In this document: one piece after another, positions 1 to 9,126 of the stretch | Layout: each line of letters begins with the position of its first letter | Position numbering within the stretch: position 1 is the first letter of the stretch | Source: an uncultured Acidobacteriota bacterium | Lineage (GTDB): Bacteria > Acidobacteriota > Vicinamibacteria > Vicinamibacterales > 2-12-FULL-66-21 | NCBI GenBank assembly: GCA_963750475.1 | Contig: CAVVQQ010000003.1 | Coordinates: 162,523 to 226,522, forward strand | Length of the DNA stretch: 64,000 nucleotides | Direction of reading: 5' to 3' | The notes under the pieces: generated by a model | Database searches by the model: none | Told to the model about the DNA's origin: nothing | What the model saw: only the letters and a program-made list of their open reading frames with translations | Translations under genes and position numbers: made by a program

Positions 1-151
1 GAGGCGACCGCCATCTATCTCGCCAAGCTGCTCAAGCCGCTCGGCGTGCGCGTGACCCGCATCGCGATGGGCGTGCCGGTCGGCAGCGACCTCGAGTACG
101 CCGACGAGGTCACGATGCACAAGCGCCATGGAAGGCCGCCGCGAGCTCTGA
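1..151 (+). CDS. recR: RecR, C-terminal part (partial; 1-nt indel near 124)
   Basis: [39 protein letters not shown], then AMEGRREL* in a shifted frame (TGA ends at 151). Confidence 0.93.
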
Positions 152-181
152 GCGTCAGGCCCGGGTTCACCTTCCCAGTCG

Positions 182-1228
182 CTAGCCGTTCAACTCCGGG
201 TCCTCGAGGACGCGCCGGGCCGACAGCCCCTGGCGGACGAGCAACGCCGTGCCGACCAGCGACCACAGCCCCATGCGCGCCTTGCGGACGATCGAGATCG
301 TCACGCCAGGTGCGGCCCCGAGCCCCAGCAGCCGCGTTGCCAGCGCCGTCCCCACTTCGCCGACGCCAATCTGGAACGGCACGAACTTGAAGGCGACCGT
401 GATGAAGCGGTCGGCGGCCTCGACGATGAAGGCGGTGAGGAGCGTCGGCGGGGAGCGGCAGGATCAGCCACAGCGTCACGTATTTCTCGAGCACGCCCAG
501 GGCATGGAAGCCGAGCTCGAGCAGGATGAGCGGGACGAGCGCATCCCTGCGCCGTGACGCGAACGTGAAGACCTGGCGCTCGATGGCGCGGAGCTTGTCG
601 GCTCGTGATTCGCAGGGCGGCAGGCGACCGCGAGGCCATCCGCGACCGCGACAGCCGGCCGATGATCTGGGGACGCCGCCACAGCAGCCACGCGACCACC
701 GCGAAAGCCAGGGTGATGAGCGCGACCGTCGCCTCGCTGAGCTGGCGGAATGCCGCCGGCAGGACGACTCCGCCGCGCGTGCCGGCGACGAGCAGCGCCA
801 CCGCCCCGGCGGCGATCATCGCCGCGACCGACAGCGTGTAGAACACATTCTCGATTGCCAGCGCGGTCAGCGCCGGGGCGACCGGCACGGCGCGGCGGAC
901 GCACGCGATCTTGGCCGGCTCGCTGACGATCGGGCCGAGCGGAGTGACGTTGCCGAGGGCATCGCCGCAGACGACGGCGTTGAAGGCGATGGCGAAGGGC
1001 AGGCGGTGCGGCGGCTCGACGCAGACCCGCCAGGCGGCGGCGCGCACCATGAAGCGCAGCCCGCCGAGGATGAGGATCCAGACCAGGTTCCAGCCGATCT
1101 GGCCGGAAGCCGGTCCAGATTTCCCCCGGGCCGACGCGCCAGACCAGCCAGGCGAAGAGCGCCGAGCCGCCCACCGCCGTGAGAAGTCCAAGCGTGGACG
1201 TTCGGCGTCGGGGCGCGGTCGGGGGCAC
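182..1228 (-). CDS. Lysylphosphatidylglycerol synthase-like/flippase-domain membrane protein (frameshifted)
   Basis: Hydrophobic segments spread over several frames: [62 protein letters not shown]. Confidence 0.65.
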
Positions 1229-1252
1229 GCCGCCATCATATAATCGCGGGCG

Positions 1253-1848
1253 ATGCTCCCGGCTTCTTTCCAGACACCAGCGGCGGTGATCCTCGTGGCC
1301 GGCGGGCTGATGTCCTGTTTCGCGGGCTACCGCCTGTTCCGCTTCGTGCTGGCGTTCTTCGGATTCGTGCTCGGCGCGCTCGCGGCGAGCTCGGCCATGG
1401 GAGCGGATCAGACGCTGTGGATGATCGGGGCGGCGCTCATCGGCGGCGTCATCGGGGCGCTGATTCTCGTCGTCGCGTATTTCGCCGGGGTGGCGCTGAT
1501 TGGCGCCGGGATTGGCGCCGGGCTGGCGATGGCGATCTGGGCGGCGCTCGGCCGCGAGCCCGGCATCGTCCCGGTCCTGGTGCTGGCGATTGCCGGGGCG
1601 CTGGCGGCGCTGGCGCTGCAGCGCTATGTCATCATCTTGGTACGGCGTTTGGCGGCGCGCAGACGGCGCTGGTCGGCGGCGCGGCGCTCCTCGGCAGCCG
1701 GGCGGCGGAGGCGGCCACGCGCGGCGTGTATCGGGTGTATCCCCTGGATCCGCTGCCGGGGACCCGCTGGGATGTCGCGGCGTGGCTGGTGCTCGGCACG
1801 TTCGGCGTGATCGTGCAGATGGCGGTCACGGCGCGGGGCAGGAAATAG
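1253..1848 (+). CDS. DUF4203/TM7S3-like multi-pass membrane protein (frameshift ~1640)
   Basis: CFAGYRLFRFVLAFFGFVLG motif; continues in ORF 1417..1848 as GTAFGGAQTALVG...VIVQM. Confidence 0.65.
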
Positions 1849-1881
1849 CGGTTGGATGTTTTGCAGATTGGAGACAGCTGA

Positions 1882-2322
1882 ATGGCGACGTTTTCGCGGA
1901 CGGTGACGGTGGACTGGGCGGGATCGATCATGGAGGGGAAGGGGCAGGCCAAGGCGGGGAGCGGGGCGTTCACGCTGCCGGTGACGTTCCCGGCGCGCAT
2001 CGGCGAGCCGGCGGGGCACACCAGCCCCGAGGAGCTGATGGCGGCGTCGCACGCGGCGTGCTACGCGATGGCGCTCAACGCGACGCTCGGCAAGAAGGGG
2101 GCGAGCGCGGCCCGGACGGTCGTGACCGCGACGGTCTCGGCCGACAAGGGCGAGTCCGGCATCAAGCTGACCTCCTCGAAGCTGAAGGTGGTCGCCGAGG
2201 GGCTGCAGGGGATCGAGAAGGGGCAGTTCGACGAGGTCGCCAAGGCGGCCGAAGCGGCGTGCCCGATTTCGAACGCGCTGCGCGGCACGCTGCAGATCGA
2301 CGTCGAAACCGAGGTCAAGTAA
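1882..2322 (+). CDS. osmC: OsmC family peroxiredoxin
   Basis: TSPEELMAASHAACYAMAL and ACPISNAL two-cysteine motifs. Confidence 0.92.
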   Translation: MATFSRTVTVDWAGSIMEGKGQAKAGSGAFTLPVTFPARIGEPAGHTSPEELMAASHAACYAMALNATLGKKGASAARTVVTATVSADKGESGIKLTSSKLKVVAEGLQGIEKGQFDEVAKAAEAACPISNALRGTLQIDVETEVK

Positions 2323-2416
2323 GCCGTCGGGGCGGGCGCAGGATGCCGATCTTGCGCCCTTCCCGGCGTATCCGTTACACTTGGGGTTCTTCCAAGGGCG
2401 GTTCTGCGCTCACTGT

Positions 2417-2608
<192 letters not shown>

Positions 2609-2625
2609 CCTCAACAGGTTACGTG

Positions 2626-2654
2626 TTGACAACGTGTATACAACGCGCTACAGT
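2626..2654 (+). promoter_or_regulatory. Sigma70-type promoter of the TA/defence operon, with probable antitoxin operator
   Basis: TTGACA (2626-2631), 17 nt, TACAGT (2649-2654); TGTATACA palindrome in the spacer. Confidence 0.7.
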
Positions 2655-2699
2655 TGGACATCGACGTCTAGACATGGGCGTCGCCTAGGGGAGCAAACC

Positions 2700-2984
2700 A
2701 TGGCAGCCACTTCAACCGCCGCGCGGACACGAACCATCAACATCCGCATCGAGGAAGAGCGACGCACGCTCATCGATCGAGCCGCTGAAGCTGCCGGGAA
2801 GGACCGTACGCAGTTCGTTCTGGACGCAGCAACCCGTGAAGCGACAACTGTACTTCTCGACCAGCGGTATTTTCAGCTGGACACGGATGCGTTCGCGAAG
2901 TTCAACGCTGCCCTGGATGCGTCTCCCGCCGAGAACACGCGCCTGCGGGCACTTCTCTCCAGAAAAGCACCCTGGGAGCGATGA
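2700..2984 (+). CDS. DUF1778 family RHH antitoxin (TacA/AtaR-like)
   Basis: INIRIEEERRTLIDRAAEAAGKDRTQFVLDAA...FNAALD...LLSRKAPWE; GGGGAG RBS; ATGA overlap with the GNAT gene. Confidence 0.92.
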   Translation: MAATSTAARTRTINIRIEEERRTLIDRAAEAAGKDRTQFVLDAATREATTVLLDQRYFQLDTDAFAKFNAALDASPAENTRLRALLSRKAPWER

Positions 2985-3499
2985 GTGCGGAAGGATTCAG
3001 CGCTCCAAAGCACCTGACAGCCGAGCACGACGTCAGCGCTTTCGACTCCGGTACGCCTGAACTCGACAACTGGCTGAAACGCCGAGCGTTCGCGAATGAG
3101 GCGCTGGGCACCTCACGGACCTACGTTGTGACGGCTGGGGGACGTGTGGTCGCCTTCTATGCGCTGGCGAACGGCGCAGTGGCTCACAAGGACGTATCCG
3201 CCAAAACGAGGCGCAACATGCCGGACCCAATTCCGGTGATGGTGCTGGCGCGTTTGGCCGTCGATTCTGCCTACCAGAAACAGGGTCTTGGTTCCGCGCT
3301 TCTCAAAGACGCGCTACTCCGCACCATCGCTGTCGCTGAAATTGCTGGCATTCGCGCGGTGCTGCTGCATGCGATGTCAGACGACGCGAAGCGTTTCTAT
3401 GTGCGTGCCGGATTCCACGAGTGTCCGGTCGATCCGATGATGATGATGATCACACTCGCAGAGGTTGAGAAAAACCTCAGCCCGCCCGCCGCGAGCTGA
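2981..3499 (+). CDS. GNAT acetyltransferase toxin (TacT/AtaT-like)
   Basis: HDVSAFDSGTPELDNWL, RRNMPDPIPVMVLARLAVD, QKQGLGSALL acetyl-CoA motif, AKRFY. Confidence 0.92.
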   Translation: MSAEGFSAPKHLTAEHDVSAFDSGTPELDNWLKRRAFANEALGTSRTYVVTAGGRVVAFYALANGAVAHKDVSAKTRRNMPDPIPVMVLARLAVDSAYQKQGLGSALLKDALLRTIAVAEIAGIRAVLLHAMSDDAKRFYVRAGFHECPVDPMMMMITLAEVEKNLSPPAAS

Positions 3500-4577
3500 C
3501 CATGCCCGCAAGCTGCGCTGCTTCGTCGCGATGGCGTTTGGTCACAAAGACAGCGATGCCATTTTCAGTGCTTTGAGAAAGACTCTCGGCCCTCTTGGAG
3601 TCAATGCACAGCGCGTCGATCGCATAGAGCACAACGACAACATCGACACCAGAATAATCTCGGAGATCGAGGCTGCCGACTTGGTCAAAGCCGATCTCAC
3701 TTACGCGCAGCCGTCCGTCTACTTCGAGGCGGGCTACGCTCAGCGGGCGATACCGGTCATCTTCACGGCCAGAAGTGATCACTTCAGGGAACGCGACGAC
3801 GACCCGAACGGCAACCGCCATGTCCATTTCGACCTCAAGATGCGCAACATCATCGCGTGGTCATCGCCGAACGACAGCGCATTCTTGGGACGATTGACGC
3901 GACGTGTTACGAAGGTGATCGCCCCGCTCGTGCGGAGCAGGGTCGCGAGTCAAGCCGCTAAGGAACGCCGCTCAGCGTTCGAACGGCTTTCCACCGTCGA
4001 TAAAGGCGGGGCGCTGTTTGATACAGCTTGGTCTCACTTCAAGCGGGCGCGGTACAGGGAACTCGATCTTCGCAGCAGGCAGGGTGAGAACCTTTCGACC
4101 CGAGCATTCTCGATCCATTCATCGATGCGCCACGGTGCGTTTGTTGCGACGAAGCGAGTCGGCCGAAGATTCAAGTTCGTTTTTTGTCAAACCGTGTTGG
4201 CTGTGCCGCCGAATCTGCGCCACACATATTATCCGTGGCTTGCATTCCCACCGTCCCATGGCGATGGGTTTAATTTCTTCAACGACAAGCCCGAGGAGAT
4301 CGACGAGGACGTTCTTGTGCTCTCGCTCGGCTCTGGTGGCATGAAGCGTTTGCAGAAACAGCTACCTTCCGCGAGGCCTGGATCATTCGAAAACACGCTC
4401 ACGTACAACACCGAAACAGATTTCTCGACCTACAAGCGAAAGACCCCCAGCATTACCAGGCACATCACCTACCACGTTTTCGAATCGGCCGACCGGCTTA
4501 TGCGATTGTCCGAGATTCTCGCGGAGCGTTTCCCGTATCGCGGAACGTCCAAAAAACAGCTGACCGGTAACGCTTAG
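3465..4577 (+). CDS. Nucleoside 2-deoxyribosyltransferase/TIR-like N-domain plus unknown C-domain (true start probably ~3502)
   Basis: CFVAMAF...RVDRIEHNDNIDTRIISEIEAADLVKADLTYAQPSVYFEAGYA...HFDL. Confidence 0.7.
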   Translation: MRKTSARPPRADHARKLRCFVAMAFGHKDSDAIFSALRKTLGPLGVNAQRVDRIEHNDNIDTRIISEIEAADLVKADLTYAQPSVYFEAGYAQRAIPVIFTARSDHFRERDDDPNGNRHVHFDLKMRNIIAWSSPNDSAFLGRLTRRVTKVIAPLVRSRVASQAAKERRSAFERLSTVDKGGALFDTAWSHFKRARYRELDLRSRQGENLSTRAFSIHSSMRHGAFVATKRVGRRFKFVFCQTVLAVPPNLRHTYYPWLAFPPSHGDGFNFFNDKPEEIDEDVLVLSLGSGGMKRLQKQLPSARPGSFENTLTYNTETDFSTYKRKTPSITRHITYHVFESADRLMRLSEILAERFPYRGTSKKQLTGNA

Positions 4578-4593
4578 AGTTTGGTCCCTGCCG

Positions 4594-6339
4594 ATGCATC
4601 TCGACACGCTCAAGATTCAGCGGTTTCGTTCGTGTGCCGATGTGACGGTCCAGTTCCGCAAGGACATGACAGTCCTCGTGGGAGAAAACAATGGCGGCAA
4701 GTCGAATATCGTCGACGCGATCCGCCTGCTGACGCTTCCCCTGAGCGGACGGCGTGAACGTTACGCCGAGGACGAAGACCTGCGTCGTGGAAGCCCCGAC
4801 CCGTCCTTCACGATCGAAGGCGCATTCCGTGGTCTAAGCGACACGCTCAAGGGCCTGTTGATCAGCGCGGTGCCTGATCCGACTACCGACTTGGCGACCT
4901 GGGGGCTCCGGTATCAATGCGGAAGCGTCAAAGTGCGCGGCCGGGTATCGCTGTGGGCAGGTCGCTTCGATACGGCGGAGCCAGAGCGCGGCGCAACCGA
5001 TCTCGTCCGACACGTTTTCTTGCCCCCGCTGCGCGACGCCCGCCAGGCGCTCGGTTCGGGCGCGCCGACTCGAATTGCGGCACTTTTGAAGAACTTCCTG
5101 CTTGAAGGAGAGGAAGCGGGATTTCTTGCGCATGTCAGACGCGCGCCAGCGCAGCACCGCGTCGTCACGGACGTCAATGCGCAAATCAGCGACGCGCTTC
5201 GCGATCTCACGCAAGGCGTTCGCACCCAAGCCACATCCCTCGACTTCACCACCGAGGCGCTGAGCGACGTCGCCCGTGACCTTCGTTTCAAGTTCGGAGA
5301 CGCCGGCATCCCGCTCGAAGACATTGTTTCGTCCGGCCTGGGCTACGCCAATCTTCTTTACATCGCAACCGTCATCGTCGAGCTTGCGAAAGCACGGGAC
5401 GCGGACCTGACGTTGTTCCTCGTCGAAGAGCCGGAGGCGCATCTGCACCCGCAGCTTCAGATGCTCATGCTCGATTTTCTGTTGCTGCAGGCGAATAAGT
5501 CCGCCGAGCGCGCCCCGGTCGCAGGGAAACCCGAAGGCCGGATTCAGATCGTTGTGACGACACACTCTCCGAACCTGACCGCATGGGTCGGTCCTGAGCA
5601 CATTGTGGTCGTTCGCAGCGCACGCGAGCGGCAGGACGGCGTGATGTCCCGTCGCACTGTCGCCATCCCGATCGACAGCTTGGGCATGTCGGATGCGTCG
5701 CTGAAGAAGGTCAGCCGCTATGTCGATGTCACACGTTCGGCGTTGCTGTTTGGCGATCGGGCGCTGCTTGTCGAAGGCATCGCCGAAGCGCTGCTTCTGC
5801 CGGCGATCGCCAAGCTGCATGTCCTGCAAAACGATGCCGCCGGGCTCCAACGATTTCGCGGCGCGGTCTTGGTCGCGATCGACGGGGTCGACTTTTCGCC
5901 CTATGTGGAAGTTCTACTGCGTACTACAAACGGGGCGAGCGTGGCCGATCGGGTTGTCGTGATGACCGACCGCGATCCGCAGCTCGCAGACCGCGCCGTC
6001 GCGCTTTATGCGCTCGCTGACGGCTTCGGCACGAGAGAAAAGCTTGCTGTGTTCACGAACGACGTGACACTCGAGCATTCGCTTTACGCGGCGGGCAACG
6101 CCGACGTGCTTCGGGAGGTATTTCTTGAGCTGCATCCGCGGTCGGCACAGCGATGGGACAACGAGGTCGCGGCTCGTCCCGAAAACGACCGTGCCGCAGG
6201 ATTCGTTGGTCTGATGAAGGCAATGGACGTACGAAAAGGCGACTTCGCGCAGAGTCTTGCCGAACGAATCGTCGCGGGGCGTGCGTTTGTCGTGCCGGAC
6301 TATATCCGTCAAGCCATCGCCCGGATCAGCGAAGCATGA
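4594..6339 (+). CDS. gajA: OLD-family ATPase-TOPRIM nuclease (Gabija GajA-like)
   Basis: Walker A GENNGGKS, LVEEPEAHLHP, TTHSP, TOPRIM LLVEGIAE and TDRD, KGDFAQ. Confidence 0.88.
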   Translation: MHLDTLKIQRFRSCADVTVQFRKDMTVLVGENNGGKSNIVDAIRLLTLPLSGRRERYAEDEDLRRGSPDPSFTIEGAFRGLSDTLKGLLISAVPDPTTDLATWGLRYQCGSVKVRGRVSLWAGRFDTAEPERGATDLVRHVFLPPLRDARQALGSGAPTRIAALLKNFLLEGEEAGFLAHVRRAPAQHRVVTDVNAQISDALRDLTQGVRTQATSLDFTTEALSDVARDLRFKFGDAGIPLEDIVSSGLGYANLLYIATVIVELAKARDADLTLFLVEEPEAHLHPQLQMLMLDFLLLQANKSAERAPVAGKPEGRIQIVVTTHSPNLTAWVGPEHIVVVRSARERQDGVMSRRTVAIPIDSLGMSDASLKKVSRYVDVTRSALLFGDRALLVEGIAEALLLPAIAKLHVLQNDAAGLQRFRGAVLVAIDGVDFSPYVEVLLRTTNGASVADRVVVMTDRDPQLADRAVALYALADGFGTREKLAVFTNDVTLEHSLYAAGNADVLREVFLELHPRSAQRWDNEVAARPENDRAAGFVGLMKAMDVRKGDFAQSLAERIVAGRAFVVPDYIRQAIARISEA

Positions 6340-8099
6340 ATCTCACGCAAGAGCAGCGCGCCGTCGCAGGTCATCCCCGGGGTGCGTTTGTCGAAGCGTG
6401 CCCAGGCGCCGGCAAGACGAGAGCTATCGTGGCGCGTGTTGCGCGCATCGCGCCGACGCTCGGACCCAGCCGCGGCGTTGCGGTGCTGTCGTTCACGAAT
6501 TCCGCGATTGACGAATTCGCGCAGCGTTGCCGTGAGAACGCGCTGGATGTGATTCTGCGTTTCCCGCACTTTGTCAGCACGTTCGACGGATTTCTGCGGC
6601 ACTTCCTGTTTGCGCCTGGCGGCGTAGCCGGTGTCAACGTCAAGCCCGTCGTGGTCGACAGTTGGGACACGCTCGGTATCGATGTCCGATTGGGCGGCCA
6701 GCTCGCATTCCCCGGCGAAGCACCAAGTCTCGACCTCTTCAACGCCGCGGACAACCGGATCGACCCTGCTGGAATCGGAGTGCAGGCGTTGCGCGACCAT
6801 GTCACGCGCAATCGGCTCGCGTATGAGCGCGCGGCGGCTGGTCGACGCGCTGCGCTGCGTAGACGCGGGTATTTCAGCGCTGCCGATGTGCGGGTGGAAG
6901 TGGTGCAGCGGTTCCGCCGCAACGATTGGTCGGATGCGGTGGGTCGCGCACTGTCGGCACGCTTCGCCGAAGTGATTGTGGACGAAGGTCAAGACTGCAA
7001 TCCGCTTGACTGCGACATTCTGACCTGGCTTCGGAATGCAGGCGTGCCTGTGACTGTCGTTGCCGACCCGGACCAGGCGATTTACGGTTTTCGCCACGAC
7101 ACGCCCGCTGACCTTCGTTTGGTGTCAGATGCCTATGCGCCGGCCGACCGTCTCTCGTTAACCGGAAACTTTCGGAGCGGTCCGGCGATCTGCGCCGTGG
7201 CAGCGACGCTGCGCCGGCGCACTGACCCCGATGTGTCGTTGGAGGACGCGGCGCATTTTGCAGAGCCCGTGCGCGTTGTGGCTTATCCGGGACGCACGGC
7301 AACCGGCGGCATCGGTGCATTCTTCGTCGCGCAGTTGCGCGCGGCTGGAATCGCGCCGGCTGACAGCGTCGTGCTCGCGCACGCAAGGCGCAATGCGCTT
7401 CGCGTTTGCGGATCGGGTGCCGAGGAGGATGTGGGGATTTCGAAGGTCGCGCGTCTTGCCGCCGCCATCGGCGTACTGTGGGCGTCCTCGACCTCCTCGC
7501 GCGGCCGCGAACGCGCCCTCCGCGTCGGTGAACGCATGGTTCTCGAACTCATGGGCGCGATTGCGGATGGTGAGGACCCGGTCGCGGCCGCGGAGCGCCG
7601 CAACATTGACCGTCGCTGGTTGCGCCGCAGTGCACTGGCGTTGCTCACCGGATTGCCACGATCGTGTGCGAACACCGACGCGGCCCGAACGGCTTGGGTA
7701 GAGGCACTTCATGGCAGAGTGCGAACTCTGGGACTGACCTATGCTGCTGGCATCACGGAGAGGCGCTACTTTCAGACTCGCGCCGGGGCGACCTGGCACC
7801 GTTGTCTCGCGGATGCGGATCCCGAGGCGCTAACCGCTGCGACGGTTCACGAGGCGAAAGGGCGACAGTATGACGCCGTGTGCCTTGTCATCCCCTCGGA
7901 CGGCCAAGGTTTCACGCGCACTGAACAGCTCGTCCAAGCCTGGGAAAATCGCGTCGACGATGAGGCAAAGCGCGTCGTCTACGTTGGCCTGACACGAGCG
8001 AGGCGCCTGGCGGTTCTGGCCGTACCGGAGGCTGTGCGCGACCGGGTGACCCGAATCCTCGATGCTGCGAACGCGAACTATCAGGCGCACGCGGTCTGA
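6336..8099 (+). CDS. gajB: UvrD-like helicase (Gabija GajB-like)
   Basis: ACPGAGKT, VIVDEGQD, DPDQAIYGFR, TVHEAKG, YVGLTRAR; ATGA overlap with the upstream nuclease. Confidence 0.86.
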   Translation: MNLTQEQRAVAGHPRGAFVEACPGAGKTRAIVARVARIAPTLGPSRGVAVLSFTNSAIDEFAQRCRENALDVILRFPHFVSTFDGFLRHFLFAPGGVAGVNVKPVVVDSWDTLGIDVRLGGQLAFPGEAPSLDLFNAADNRIDPAGIGVQALRDHVTRNRLAYERAAAGRRAALRRRGYFSAADVRVEVVQRFRRNDWSDAVGRALSARFAEVIVDEGQDCNPLDCDILTWLRNAGVPVTVVADPDQAIYGFRHDTPADLRLVSDAYAPADRLSLTGNFRSGPAICAVAATLRRRTDPDVSLEDAAHFAEPVRVVAYPGRTATGGIGAFFVAQLRAAGIAPADSVVLAHARRNALRVCGSGAEEDVGISKVARLAAAIGVLWASSTSSRGRERALRVGERMVLELMGAIADGEDPVAAAERRNIDRRWLRRSALALLTGLPRSCANTDAARTAWVEALHGRVRTLGLTYAAGITERRYFQTRAGATWHRCLADADPEALTAATVHEAKGRQYDAVCLVIPSDGQGFTRTEQLVQAWENRVDDEAKRVVYVGLTRARRLAVLAVPEAVRDRVTRILDAANANYQAHAV

Positions 8100-8326
8100 A
8101 CCGTTTACAGTCCCGCAACGCGAATCGGCGCTGCTGCGCGGTTACTCTAGGATGTGACTCGCTAAGCCCGGAAAGCGGCGGAGATCTTCCCACCGCCGGG
8201 TCAGCTTGACAGAGTTCGGCTGCATTTCGCGGACGATAATCCTCGCCGGCCGGCCGCTCGCGCGTACCGACTCGGCCGTGCAGTCCTCCCGCCACCTCAC
8301 GACACCGCCATCGTATCGACCCAAGA

Positions 8327-8528
8327 GGCGAAATAGTGGCGAAACGCTCGCGATTTACGCCGCTTCTCGAATCAACCAGTTGCGGAAATCGTCCAGTGCG
8401 GCGAGCCAGCTCCGTAAGCTCAACCGAATCAACTGCTTGCAAGATACCGATAGTCGGCAGATTTCCAAGTCGCATTCCTTCATACATTTGAGACGCGGAG
8501 GGCCGCACTGGACGTTCTCCGCAACTGG
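8327..8528. repeat. Junction repeat copy 1 (complete, attP-like)
   Basis: GGCGAAATAGTGGCGAAA; IR-L CCAGTTGCGGAAATCGTCCAGTGCGGC 8376-8402; GAGCCA 8403-8408; IR-R GCCGCACTGGACGTTCTCCGCAACTGG 8502-8528. Confidence 0.95.
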
Positions 8529-8787
8529 CTGAGCGCTCTTCCGCTTGGTGCGAGCCTCCTGCATTCGCCCATCGATGAATCCCCCATGTCGCGTGCACCA
8601 TCAGACAGTGGAACGCTCATCGTTCCTCCTCACTGCTTGGCGCCATCCGTGATTGTTGTTGCTTGGTGTCGTCGTTTGAGTGATCGAGTGTGTGGCTCGT
8701 GCCTTCCGGATTCAGCACACCTGTCGACATACCTTGACCTTCGATGTATCGAGCGAGTAGGGTGACATCTAGAAGGTTGAGGTACCA

Positions 8788-9126
8788 ATGCCCTCTCGAC
8801 GTTTCCCCATTCCGCAAGGCACGCTGGACATGCTGATTCTGCAGATCCTCTCCCTCGAACCCGCCCACGGGTATGGGATCGCGCAGCGCGTGGGCCAGAT
8901 CTCCCGCTCGATGGTCCAGATCAATCAGGGCTCGCTTTATCCCGCCCTTCATCGCCTGGAGCAGAAACGCTGGCTCCGCGCCGAGTGGAAACCGTCCGAA
9001 ACCGGCCGGGACGCCAAGTTCTACGCGCTGACTTCTTCTGGACGCCGTCAGCTCACCCTCGAGAAGGAGAGCTGGGCGCGCCTGTCCGTTGCCGTCGACC
9101 TGATCTGTGGCGAGGGCAGCCGATGA
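8788..9126 (+). CDS. PadR family transcriptional regulator (acidobacterial type)
   Basis: QGTLDMLILQIL, HGYGIAQR, QGSLYPALHRLE, KFYALT. Confidence 0.93.
   Translation: MPSRRFPIPQGTLDMLILQILSLEPAHGYGIAQRVGQISRSMVQINQGSLYPALHRLEQKRWLRAEWKPSETGRDAKFYALTSSGRRQLTLEKESWARLSVAVDLICGEGSR

Noticed and set aside
8376..8528. A simple MITE defined by the 27-bp inverted repeats
   Set aside because: Conservation extends ~50 bp outside the left IR, no target-site duplications are visible, and the half copies at the tRNA and at 32092 break at the GAGCCA core. Disfavoured, not fully excluded.
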